Positions 48,926 through 58,900 of a stretch of 64,000 nucleotides of DNA are shown piece by piece. The stretch spans positions 96,001-160,000 of IMG/VR virus record IMGVR_UViG_3300030329_006012, one strand, 5' to 3'. A model generated the notes under the pieces. The model saw only the letters and a list, made by a program, of their open reading frames with translations. It was not told where the DNA came from and searched no databases. The position numbers and the translations under genes were made by a program. Source of the DNA: a virus. Position 1 is the first letter of the stretch, and the number at the start of each line of letters is the position of its first letter.

Positions 48926-51388
48926 ATGCAAACCACCTATCTAACAGTCCCCAATACAAAAGAAAACCTTGCCAAAGTCAAGCAAACCGTTGCCGAGCAT
49001 ATGGTTGAGAAATGCTTGACCGAAGAGCAGATCAGAGCCTATGCAGTTCAAGCCCTCGTTGATTCTTATGACGCTGGCCTGTATACCATTGGCTCATTGG
49101 CTCGCCTTGTTAAAGATACCCCTGCCGATGCAGGTTGCCGCATCCCGCAACCACAGGAAGCACTGTATTATGGCAGCATGCCAGGCTATCAAGGCAACGG
49201 CCCAGAATACTATTTCTACACTAAATCCCACGAACCAGAATATAACTCACTTGAGGTAAAAGAAGAGGTGCGATAATGCAACTGAGCAAAGACGAAGTAA
49301 CGAACGAAGTACAATCCACAATCCTTGGCGTGTTCTGTGAATTCTTTAAAGATGAGCTTGGCCAAGATAGCGGCAACCATATTCACGCAACCAAAGCAGA
49401 CAACATTGTATGCGAAAACGTTGTAAACGCTGACGAAGATCCAGGTGAATGGAGCCGCGAAGCAATGACGATTATTTATCACGATGATCTGATGCCGTCT
49501 TACGGTGGTATTTTCCACATCGATTTGTGGGCAAAAGTCTCGGACGTCCTTGGTGATTATTATGTCGAACCAATTAACGGTGAAGTGTCTGCCGTCTATT
49601 CTTTATAGGAGCCTCGAATGAAATTAGAACCATTAGGTAAGAACCAAACTCGCGTTATTGTGCAAATCCCTGATGAGGAATTAGACCTCACTTGGGACAA
49701 GGATATTTATTTCTCTTATGGACAGCCCGTGTTGGTTGTGAACTATCGCAACGCAACCATCCACGAAAGCTGTGAGAGGTATTCCAAAACCACCAGCAAG
49801 CACCTCAATGCATTCAAGCGCATGTGCAATCGTTATGATGATCGCGGTGGTCCTATCGACCCTGCCGAATTGCATGGACGCGAATGGACAATTATTCAAG
49901 CGAATGAACACCGTATGCACACCGTTGCGGGAGAACGATAAAATGACTGAACACAAATACCCACCACTCTTTGCGCGTTATGAGTTGCGCGTTCTTATTC
50001 CCGATGCTGGCCCAACGGTCTGTGGCATCTACGAAACACTGGATGAAGCAATCGAGGCAAAGCAACTGAAGATGCGCTCTCAAAGCTATCCCGTGATCAT
50101 CTATGACGCAGAAGAGGAGACACCCGTCTTGCCGGGAGTTAAAAAATAATGATTGAAGACTATATCAACCTAATAGCAGCATGGGCAAAGACTCGCGGCT
50201 ATAGCGTGTTCGGCAAATGGGATGAGGATGCATTTTATGACAAAGACAAAGAAATCGTTTATAGTCTCAGGACTAAAGAGAAGAAGCATCAAATGTATTC
50301 CCTGCTCCACGAGTGTGGGCATGCGCTTGCGTTCGACAGCAAGAGTTACAAAGACAATTTCCCTAACCTTGCCGCCATCCGCTTTAAGACGAGTCGAGTT
50401 AGCAAGAGGCGAAATGTGGTTAAGTGCGAAACCATTGCAGAAGAATGGGACGCATGGAAGCGAGGCTTCAAGCTTGCAAGACGACTTGGCATTGAAGTAA
50501 ACAAAGAAGACTATTTTGACTATGCATCACGCAACGTGATGACTTATGTAAGGAGAATAAAATGACAGACTGGAATCGTAAATTAGTAATGGCTCACCTT
50601 TTTGATTTAACCTGCTGGTTCATCCTTGGGATCACCATCGGCCATTATTGTTTATAGGAGAACACTATGCGTAAATTCACTCAATCAATTCTAGGCAAAG
50701 GCGTCACGTTCACCAAGCTATGCAAGGTGCGTGACAAGCGAGGCCGTGTTGACTATGCTCGCAAAGACGTAGATGGCATCGTGGTAGAGAACGATGGCTA
50801 CGTTGCAACCGTTCGCGGTTGGGATGGCGTGTTGCACACCAACGTGGAAACGGCAGAACTCACAACATGGGCAGAGGCAGACCAGCCAACCCAAGACATG
50901 CCATGCTTAGACTAATCCTCATGGGCCTGTTCATCATTCTGGTGGCTGCCCACAATCGGCTTGAGTATAAGCACGAACTCTTAATGGAGTGCTACATACA
51001 ATCAAGCTATTCACTTGCCGAGTGTATTGCATTCGTTGCAACACTTTACTAACCAACCGCATCTCGCGGGAAAGAAAAAATAAAAATGAAAAACACAATT
51101 AGATATAACACAAAGACATTAGTAGATAACAATAACATCATGTGGACCTTCGACTATGACAGAATAGATAACACTGTTACATTAGTAAGCGACTACTCAA
51201 CCACTGGAACCTCAGCAGTCATTAGCCAGTATAGCATGGACAATGCAACAGGGCAAGACATCCCAGAGCAAATCCTTACCAGTGCCCAAGACATGATAGA
51301 GCAGGACGACACCAAATCAATGCTGGATAGTATCATTGAACGACATACTGATAGGCGGACTATACAGTACAAGCAAAATCGAGCGTAG
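48926..51388 (+). other. Early-type small CDS array: 48926-49276, 49276-49608, 49618-49941, 49943-50149, 50562-50657, 50667-50915, 50903-51052, 51086-51388
   Basis: Coupled chain downstream of cassette B. Confidence 0.6.
50149..50565 (+). CDS. HExxH metallopeptidase-like protein (ImmA/IrrE-like)
   Basis: YSLLHECGHAL...EEWDAWKRG. Confidence 0.65.
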   Translation: MIEDYINLIAAWAKTRGYSVFGKWDEDAFYDKDKEIVYSLRTKEKKHQMYSLLHECGHALAFDSKSYKDNFPNLAAIRFKTSRVSKRRNVVKCETIAEEWDAWKRGFKLARRLGIEVNKEDYFDYASRNVMTYVRRIK

Positions 51389-51398
51389 GGAAAGCAAA

Positions 51399-51515
51399 GG
51401 GGTTGCAGGGGGGTGCCCCCTACCCCCTACCCCCCCTACTCGGAAAGTAGGTGCTACGTAGGGTGGTGGTTTTCAAACTAAGTACATTCACGCTCTGCAC
51501 CCCCAAAAAAATTCA
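51399..51515. other. Non-coding G/C-homopolymer element (CCCCCTA repeats, hairpins, C5-A7 tract)
   Basis: GGGGGGTGCCCCCTACCCCCTACCCCCCCTACTCGGAAAGTAGG...CTACGTAG...CCCCCAAAAAAATT. Confidence 0.7.
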
Positions 51516-51536
51516 CAGAGAAAAAAAGGCTAGATT

Positions 51537-53498
51537 ATGGAAAACTCATTATACCACAAAGTGAAACAAGGTGACTTGGTAAAGTTCGAGAGTAACAACG
51601 AGCCCGATGGAATAGTGGGCATTATGATGGATTGGTTCAACGGGTTTAGGGACTGGCCATATCCACCATACGGTGATGAGACAGTTATCGTATGTTGGGC
51701 AAACGGTGTGTCGGACTACACAAGACGAAGAAAGCTAAAGAAGGTGACAGCATGAAACTACAATTAATGGGTGATATATTCGCAGGACTCATCGCAGCAT
51801 CGGTGTTCTTGTTTTCAGTATTGATGCTTAAACCAGCCAAGAAGGAAGAAAAGGATGATGACGCCTAATTACATATATGAAGTGGAAGAGTCCTATAACT
51901 TGGATAACAATAATCGGAGCAGCACTAGCACTAAAGATAGCTGCCGACTCGTTCGCTTTGTTCATGGAATGCATAACTTGCTCATCGCACACACTAATAG
52001 AGTGCATGATAATCGGAATACTTTATTAAAATGAACTATGACTTAGAATTGTGGGCCGACATCTTTTCTGCATGTTGTGCAGGGGCTTCGTTTGTAATAA
52101 TCGCATTGGTTCACAACCACATATATAGGAACAAGAGATGAGAACATTACAATTTGCAGGAGTTGCTCTAGTTTTTGGAGTCTTAACAATTAAGACAATC
52201 CATGCTATAGTGAAAGACATGAGAAACAAGTCAGAGAATGGTTATGATACTAGAAGAAATACTAATTTATAGCATTATCATGTCAACAAGTGCTATGGCT
52301 ATTTATGTGATTGCAAAAAATGGCCGGAAAAAATAATGAGATTTGATGAGCTTCAAGATCTGTTGCTACTTATTGGCATGGCAGTTATCTTGAGCATAAC
52401 GCTTATTCACTACCGACCTTGGAAGCGCGAACATGAGCTCAAAAAAGAAAAGGCTAGAGGCTCTAAAGGAAAGACGTGAGGAGTTGGTAAAGGAATATCA
52501 AAGGCTTGTGCTTGTGTTAAGTGGCATGCAGGACCAAATCGCAGATATCGATGGCGATATAAGGATGCTAGAGAATGAGCAAAAAAAGAAATCTACTTGA
52601 AGGGTACAAGCTAGTACCGTATTATACCTTCAAGAAGGGCGACCTAGTTAGGGTGAAAGATTTTGCAAGAGACATGGCAGGAATGCTTGGTGTCATTATT
52701 AGCAGAGAGGACTACAACACAGCATGCAAGGTACTACTTAGTGATGGAAAGAAAAGAACAATAATGAAATTTTGTTTGGAGAGAGTTGATGCAGAGGAGT
52801 AATAAATGGCAGCAGAAAAAAATGCCGATTTTAAAATTGGAGATTTAATTAAAATCAAGGAGAATGCACACTTCGTTGAAGAGGAGTTCGTGGGCGCAGC
52901 AGGATTGATTGTGGCGTTTAACAAAACGGGCTACCCCAAAGGGTTCAGCGGTCGTGCAAAGGACAGTGTGATGTACGTGGTGGCCGCACAGGGCCAGAAT
53001 ATCAAACTATTTGAAGATGAGATGGAGAAAATATAGTGAATGAGCAAATTTTAGTGGGCGATTTCGTAGAAGTACACCTCAACACAGAGCTTGATGCTTT
53101 CAAGGGCGTCGTTTTGGAACTAAACGACACGATGAGTTGGAAAGATGACGTTTGGTACAAGGTTCAACCGCTTTCACTCAAGAAAATGCCGGGAAATTTT
53201 TGGTATAGAGAGAACAAAGTGAAGAAATTGGCAGATAAAGCAGAATTTCTAGTGATCGACGGAGGAAACAGTGGCTAAATATCCAGCAAAATATGATCTT
53301 GCGATAAAACCCAGAACATATAAGGACGCAACATCCTATGGGCCACATGGATATACTGTTTTTCGGGTATTGACAGACTCTGCAAGCGATGTTTACAATT
53401 CACCAATAGCAGATTTTAAGAATCGCACCCATGCAGAGATATTTTTGAAGGCATTGAGGGCAGAAATCGAAAAAAAAGAGGCAGAAGACGGTGAGTGA
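51537..53498 (+). other. Small CDS array: 51537-51755 (KOW), TM peptides 51752-51868, 52031-52141, 52138-52272, 52336-52479; KOW-like 52575-52802, 52806-53036, 53036-53278; hypothetical 53271-53498
   Basis: Track ORFs plus hand-translated peptides with ATGA coupling. Confidence 0.55.
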
Positions 53499-53826
53499 CT
53501 TCCCATTAACAGTTACAGACGCAGCTTTTGACGCTGCAAAGCTCGCACTAGATGAAAATGGCGGTGAAAACTCGTTCATTAGGGCAGCAATTCAGGGTGG
53601 CGGATGTTCAGGCTTGCAATATAAGCTTGACTTAGACACAGAACAGCGTGACGACGACTATGTTTGGGAAAAAGACGGCCTAAAAATGGTTGTTGATGGG
53701 TTTAGTGCGGTATATTTGCATGGAACCGTCCTCGATTTCGTGACATCTTTCGCAGGACAAGGCTTTCAGTTCATAAATCCGAATGCAAAACGGAAATGTG
53801 GATGCGGAAGTTCATTTGGAGTATAG
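53491..53826 (+). CDS. iscA: A-type Fe-S carrier (IscA/ErpA/HesB family)
   Basis: LTVTDAA, GGGCSGLQY, VVDGFSAVYLHGTVLDF, GFQFINPNA, CGCGSSF. Confidence 0.95.
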   Translation: MSDFPLTVTDAAFDAAKLALDENGGENSFIRAAIQGGGCSGLQYKLDLDTEQRDDDYVWEKDGLKMVVDGFSAVYLHGTVLDFVTSFAGQGFQFINPNAKRKCGCGSSFGV

Positions 53827-53828
53827 GT

Positions 53829-55043
53829 ATGGCAAAGAAAAAGCAAGAAAAAGACAGATTGCCAAGGAATCCGCTGGTTCCAAAGCTAAATGATCACAAG
53901 AATCAAGTTTTTAAAGATAAAAAGAAAGAAAAAAGCAAGAATATTTGCAGAGAGAAGGTAAAGAACAATGAAGATGTATAGTGATTTTGAAGAATCAGTT
54001 ATTTATTATGAAAAAGATGCTTTTGTTTACCAGTTAGTGAAGTGTAAGCAGGAGAGTGGCGAAGAGTTCTATGTTGTAAGAGACAAAGAAGACAATCCCA
54101 TGTTAGCAAGCGTGGAAAAAGAACCAGCAATGACTTTCTTTTTTCATAAATGTAAAATTGCGGAAGGGAAAGAACCAGAACCAGAAAGTCATTAATTAGG
54201 GTGGGCCTTTGGCAGAAGATAATACATTTGAAGTAGAGATGGGAGATCTCGTTGACGTTATCAGCAACTACAAGGACATTATAGTTGCAACTGGTATATA
54301 TCTTGGCCTAGATGCAAACGAACTTAAAATGAGGATTTTAGTTGATGATGGAAAAGTTAAGGAGTTTAGTACAACCTTCTACTACTTAGAGAGACTTTAA
54401 GATTTCGGGCGTAATATCAACAATGATCCACTACCTAGACACTAACGTATATAAGCATCAAGACGAATGGTTTGAACAAGCTGCCAAGATATACATGATG
54501 TTACCAAAGAACACGGAATGGTTTGGTGACTGGGAGATTACTCAAACTAATGAAAGTCTCAGGTTCAGTGGTAAGTATTTTATATCCGAACACACTGAGA
54601 ACCCCCAAGACGTAATTGACTTTACGGTTATATTTTTTAAAGATGCCGAAAAACTTTTTAAGCTGCAGTTCAATGGAGTGAGATCACAACGCTTGGCAAA
54701 AAAGTATTATATTCGAGGGTATCTTGAAAACGAAGTGGTTGAAAGCATATATGGTCTCGGCGGAAATCCCGATTTTATTTATTCTCTTTCCCTTTGTGAT
54801 ATGTGGTAAGAGGAAGAAAGGCATTTACTCATGGTAAAATTTAAAAAAGGCGAATTGATTTCGTATAAGAGCACTTCTTCTAAGAAGCGTCTTGGTATTG
54901 TCATATCTGATCCATATCTGTCTAAGGCAGGGTGGAAAGTAAAAACATATTGTGATGGCACCATTTACAATAACAGCGTTGATAGCGTTGGGAGAGTCTG
55001 CGATGAAGTGGAACTTGTTAAGCCATATCATACCGGGTATTAA
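53829..55043 (+). other. Small CDSs: 53829-53981 (very basic peptide), 53968-54195, 54209-54400 (KOW-like), 54423-54809, 54831-55043 (KOW-like)
   Basis: Coupled ORFs from the track. Confidence 0.55.
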
Positions 55044-55617
55044 AAAGTTTTTTATAATCCAATCGTATCGGTTTGTTTGTTTTGTTAAGTGGTGGTACAC
55101 ACTCACCATGAAACTTACAAAAATTCATTCTACGCAGGTGAGATACTACCAAACTTTTGAACAAATACCAAATGATTATGGATGGGGTAGGCGATATCGA
55201 AAAGACCCGTTAAATGGCAAGCTAGACTATTTGACCCATCCGAGCAAATTGGCGCACAATGCAGCTAACGAATTGGAGTTTGGTGATTGCGATGACCATG
55301 CAATCTTTTGGTGCACTGCACTTTTAAAGAATGGCTTGGCCAAGAGAGCTTGGTTTTGTTTTTATAGCATGGAGGGCATAGATGATGGACGTATGTCTGC
55401 TCATGCCGTTTGCGTTTTTGAGCATGCCGATAAGGATATGTTCTTTTGGTGCGATTACCAATTGCCAAGCTGCCTTGATGAGTTTCGAGACAAGTGGATG
55501 CAAAGGTCTGCCGACACTTTGAATGCTCGGCCTATAGTTGGTGCTATGATTGAAGTGAAGCATGTTACCGGTGATGACACTCCTGTTTTTGGAAAAATAA
55601 CCATTTTAAAGAATTAG
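55003..55617 (+). CDS. Transglutaminase-like cysteine protease (C93/BTLCP-like)
   Basis: GDCDDHA and SAHAVCV give a Cys-His core. Confidence 0.6.
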   Translation: MKWNLLSHIIPGIKKFFIIQSYRFVCFVKWWYTLTMKLTKIHSTQVRYYQTFEQIPNDYGWGRRYRKDPLNGKLDYLTHPSKLAHNAANELEFGDCDDHAIFWCTALLKNGLAKRAWFCFYSMEGIDDGRMSAHAVCVFEHADKDMFFWCDYQLPSCLDEFRDKWMQRSADTLNARPIVGAMIEVKHVTGDDTPVFGKITILKN

Positions 55618-55655
55618 CTAATAAAAAAATTACGGCCAAGCGGTTTTAGGTTTTT

Positions 55656-55672
55656 ATAAAAAAAATTTCCGT
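55656..55672. repeat. 17-bp inverted repeat, right copy
   Basis: ATAAAAAAAATTTCCGT. Confidence 0.7.
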
Positions 55673-55700
55673 TCCGCTGTTGGGTGTATTAATTATAGTC

Positions 55701-55919
55701 ATGCACCAAAGCTTTGATGAGTATGACAAAATTTTCGCGCTGGGCGATATGGTTGAGCTTGATAATGGGATGCCTGAATTTGAAAGCATCGTGGGAGTGG
55801 GCATTGTCATCAAAGTTGAAGATGATGATGTCATTGTCTTTTGGCAAAGCGATGTCTGGGCGTCTGGCCGGCGACAGAAAATGAAGACATGTGAAATAAG
55901 ACACGCTCATCTTCTCTAA
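55701..55919 (+). CDS. KOW/SH3-like small protein
   Basis: FALGDMVEL...GVGIVIKV...VIVFW. Confidence 0.55.
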   Translation: MHQSFDEYDKIFALGDMVELDNGMPEFESIVGVGIVIKVEDDDVIVFWQSDVWASGRRQKMKTCEIRHAHLL

Positions 55920-55923
55920 ACGA

Positions 55924-55938
55924 CTATTTATAGGCATG
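55924..55938 (+). promoter_or_regulatory. Putative late promoter CTATTTA-N5-ATG (leaderless)
   Basis: Directly precedes the tail-fibre ATG with no SD; same spacing at six other sites. Confidence 0.55.
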
Positions 55939-58900
55939 GCTAAACAAACTAGAATACCTGAACTTGTTGTTGGTAAGATTTCTATTGACGATGGCACTGG
56001 CGATAACGTATATACCTTGGATGTTGATAATGCCGAAGGAACCCTCCGCATTGGCGATAACAAGAATGGTTCCGTTGCCACCATTAACCAAAATACTGGT
56101 CGTATCGAAGCCGCATCGTTTGCGGGAGATGGTTCGGGCCTAGAGAATCTTACCCTAGAAGACCTTGAAGAAATCAAGGGTGCCAAGCTCCTGACCTTAA
56201 CTGCGAATAGTTTGTTTTTTAAGTTCGATGCTGGTGGTGATCCGACCCCAATCAGACAGGAAATTAATTTAATACCTCAAGTTCAAAACGTTGATGCACC
56301 CGTATATAAGTGGACCAGCGATGATCCCACCTTCGTAATACCCCTTGGGCCCGGTGGCTCGATGGCAAAGATACGAGAAAGAGATTTTGGAGACCGCTCA
56401 TCCCTCACCATTACTGTGGAGGTTGAAGACTTAGACCTCTGGGACACAGTAACGTTGATGAGAGTTTCAGACGGTGCACAGGGTGAGTCGGCTATACAGG
56501 TCGGCCTCACCAACGAGGTTCACAACTTCGCAGCCACAAGTAACGGATTGGTTAATCCCGAAGATTATGCAACTGGCGGTACAGACATTATTGCTTATTA
56601 TGGCACACAAAGATTACGCGCTGGTAAGCCCTCTTCAAAGAACGACGCATTTTCGCCCTTCTTCATTGTCGCCGCATTTTCCGAAGGTGCTGATGCTACT
56701 TACCCTGATGATGGATATGTTGTCTTTCCTGACAAGGATCACATAACCCCATCAAACGTACCCGGAGACGAAAAGTATATTGTGGCCGGCCCAACAAATC
56801 TTCGGGCAGCCGTTGGCACAGTTGTGTTTAGCATAAAGGCATATGTCGAAGAAGGGGCCGACCCGATCATAGTACAGAAGATCCAGTCCTTATCGAAGAC
56901 GAGCGCCGGCGCAACAGGTGAAGATTCTTTGGTTGTTAAGTTGACAGCAGATGATTATCAGTTTGCCTATGATTCAGAGGGTTCAAACCCCAAAGGAGGT
57001 GATGACAGTCGCGATCCTGCCTATATTGTTTTTACGGCCACGCCACAAAATCACGGAGGGCTTGAGCAGTATAGGTGGTTTGTAGACGGAGAGCCTTGGG
57101 CCCCAGGCGATTCAGATTCTGGGGGACGTGCATTGGACGCGGGACAGCAGCACGAATTTACAGACTCAGATAAGATAAGATTATACGCTGAGCCAAGCCA
57201 CTCTGATTTTGGTGGCTCGAAGATCGTTAAAGTGGAAACTACAAAGACTGATGGAAGTTGTACGAACGATATATGTGCCACAGACGAACAGCCAGTTATT
57301 GCAACGAAGGATGGCTCAAATGCAATACAGGTTGTCATGAGCAATGCGGCGCATGTATATAGTGCCGACAGTGACGGCCTTGTTGACGATCCTGCAAGTG
57401 GAGAAAATGAAATATGGGTGTACCACGGAAACGATTTATTAAAACCAAACAGTGACGTCCAAGAAGAGAGCGATAACTTTGGTGGCACCGTGGGTGGTGA
57501 TATAGATACCATTGAAGAGGCCATCGACACGTTGGGCCCCAAAGAATATTTTGTTGTTTGCAACGCTTCAGACTTTATAACATCAGAGGGGAGGTCAAGA
57601 AATACAATATCAGTAAACAACCCTACCACCAACAACAATAGTATTACTTATGTGCCTGGAGCAATGCATGCAGAGACAAACCAAGCTGCTATCGTTTATA
57701 CTATTTATTTAAAAGACCACTCTGGTGCAGCTGCTTCAATAATTCAAACACAAACACTGGCTCGCAGTAAGCAGGGTTCGCCGGGAACTCCAGGAGCTCA
57801 CGGAACAGATGGCGCCGGCGCCAAGGTTGTTAAGCTAACATCTAACGATTATCAATTCGCCTATGACGAAAACGGCGGTAATCCGAAAACTGGTTTCGGT
57901 GGAAACGGCACGATATCCCTTAAAGCAAAAACCCAAGGACACCAACAAAACAATCTGTTGTGCAGGTTCATGTATAATGGCGCACCGCTGGCACCATCGC
58001 TCGAAAACAGAAGCGACGTCAACTCCCCTTGGTTTCCAGAAGGCTGGTTTATTGCCAACGCTACAACGGTTGATGACGGTGTTATACATCGGTATCACAG
58101 CCTGTCTGTGGATTGGGGCGATGTCTCCTATGACGAGTTTGGCAAAAAAAGAACGATAGAGGTTCAGACTTTGGAGGTTGGCCTGACAACAGATCGGTTG
58201 GCGATTGACGAAACTGATGAAAACGGAGATGTGCTGACGTGGGATGATGTCAAGGATCGTGCCCACTCTGCGGTTGACAGCATTTCGATCATTGCCACCA
58301 AGGAGGGGTCGAATGCACTTGAGGTCGTGGCAGACAATTTAAGCCATGCGTTTGTTGCCGACAATGATGGCACTGTAACTGACTTCACTGGTGGCGGTAT
58401 TAAATTCGAGGCATATATAGGAAATACGCCTCTTAAAAAGTGGAATGAGGCTGACGGCCTGACAGCGTTTCTGGAGGCAACTGGCGTAACAGACACTTTC
58501 TTTGTGACCAGTGGAGGCACATCGGATGGCATTAGTATCGCAAACAGAGTGCCCTGGCAATTTGGGGATACCGTATCTGCCTGGGAGACGCTTCAGTCCT
58601 TTAGCAAATACTACAACACAGGATATATAGATTGGAAGATACACGCAAGAGACAGCACTGGGGAGTTACGCCCTACCAGAACCCTAACCCAAACATTTAC
58701 GAAATCAAAAGCCGGGAGCAATGCGCCCCTTGTGAGGCTTACCTCAACCTCTAATATTTTCTCTTTCGAAGATGCCTATGACTGGACGGCTAGTCCAGAA
58801 ACCATCACGTTCTATCCCACGGCACAGAACCTTGATGGAGAGATTAAAGAAGGAGATATAACGTTCTGGAAAAACGATGTTGACGTTAGTGATAAAATTA

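Noticed and set aside
55924-55932. CTATTTATA reads TATAAATAG on the minus strand, like the T4 late promoter
   Set aside because: No minus-strand genes follow, the other copies do not fit TATAAATA, and the fixed spacing is to + strand ATGs
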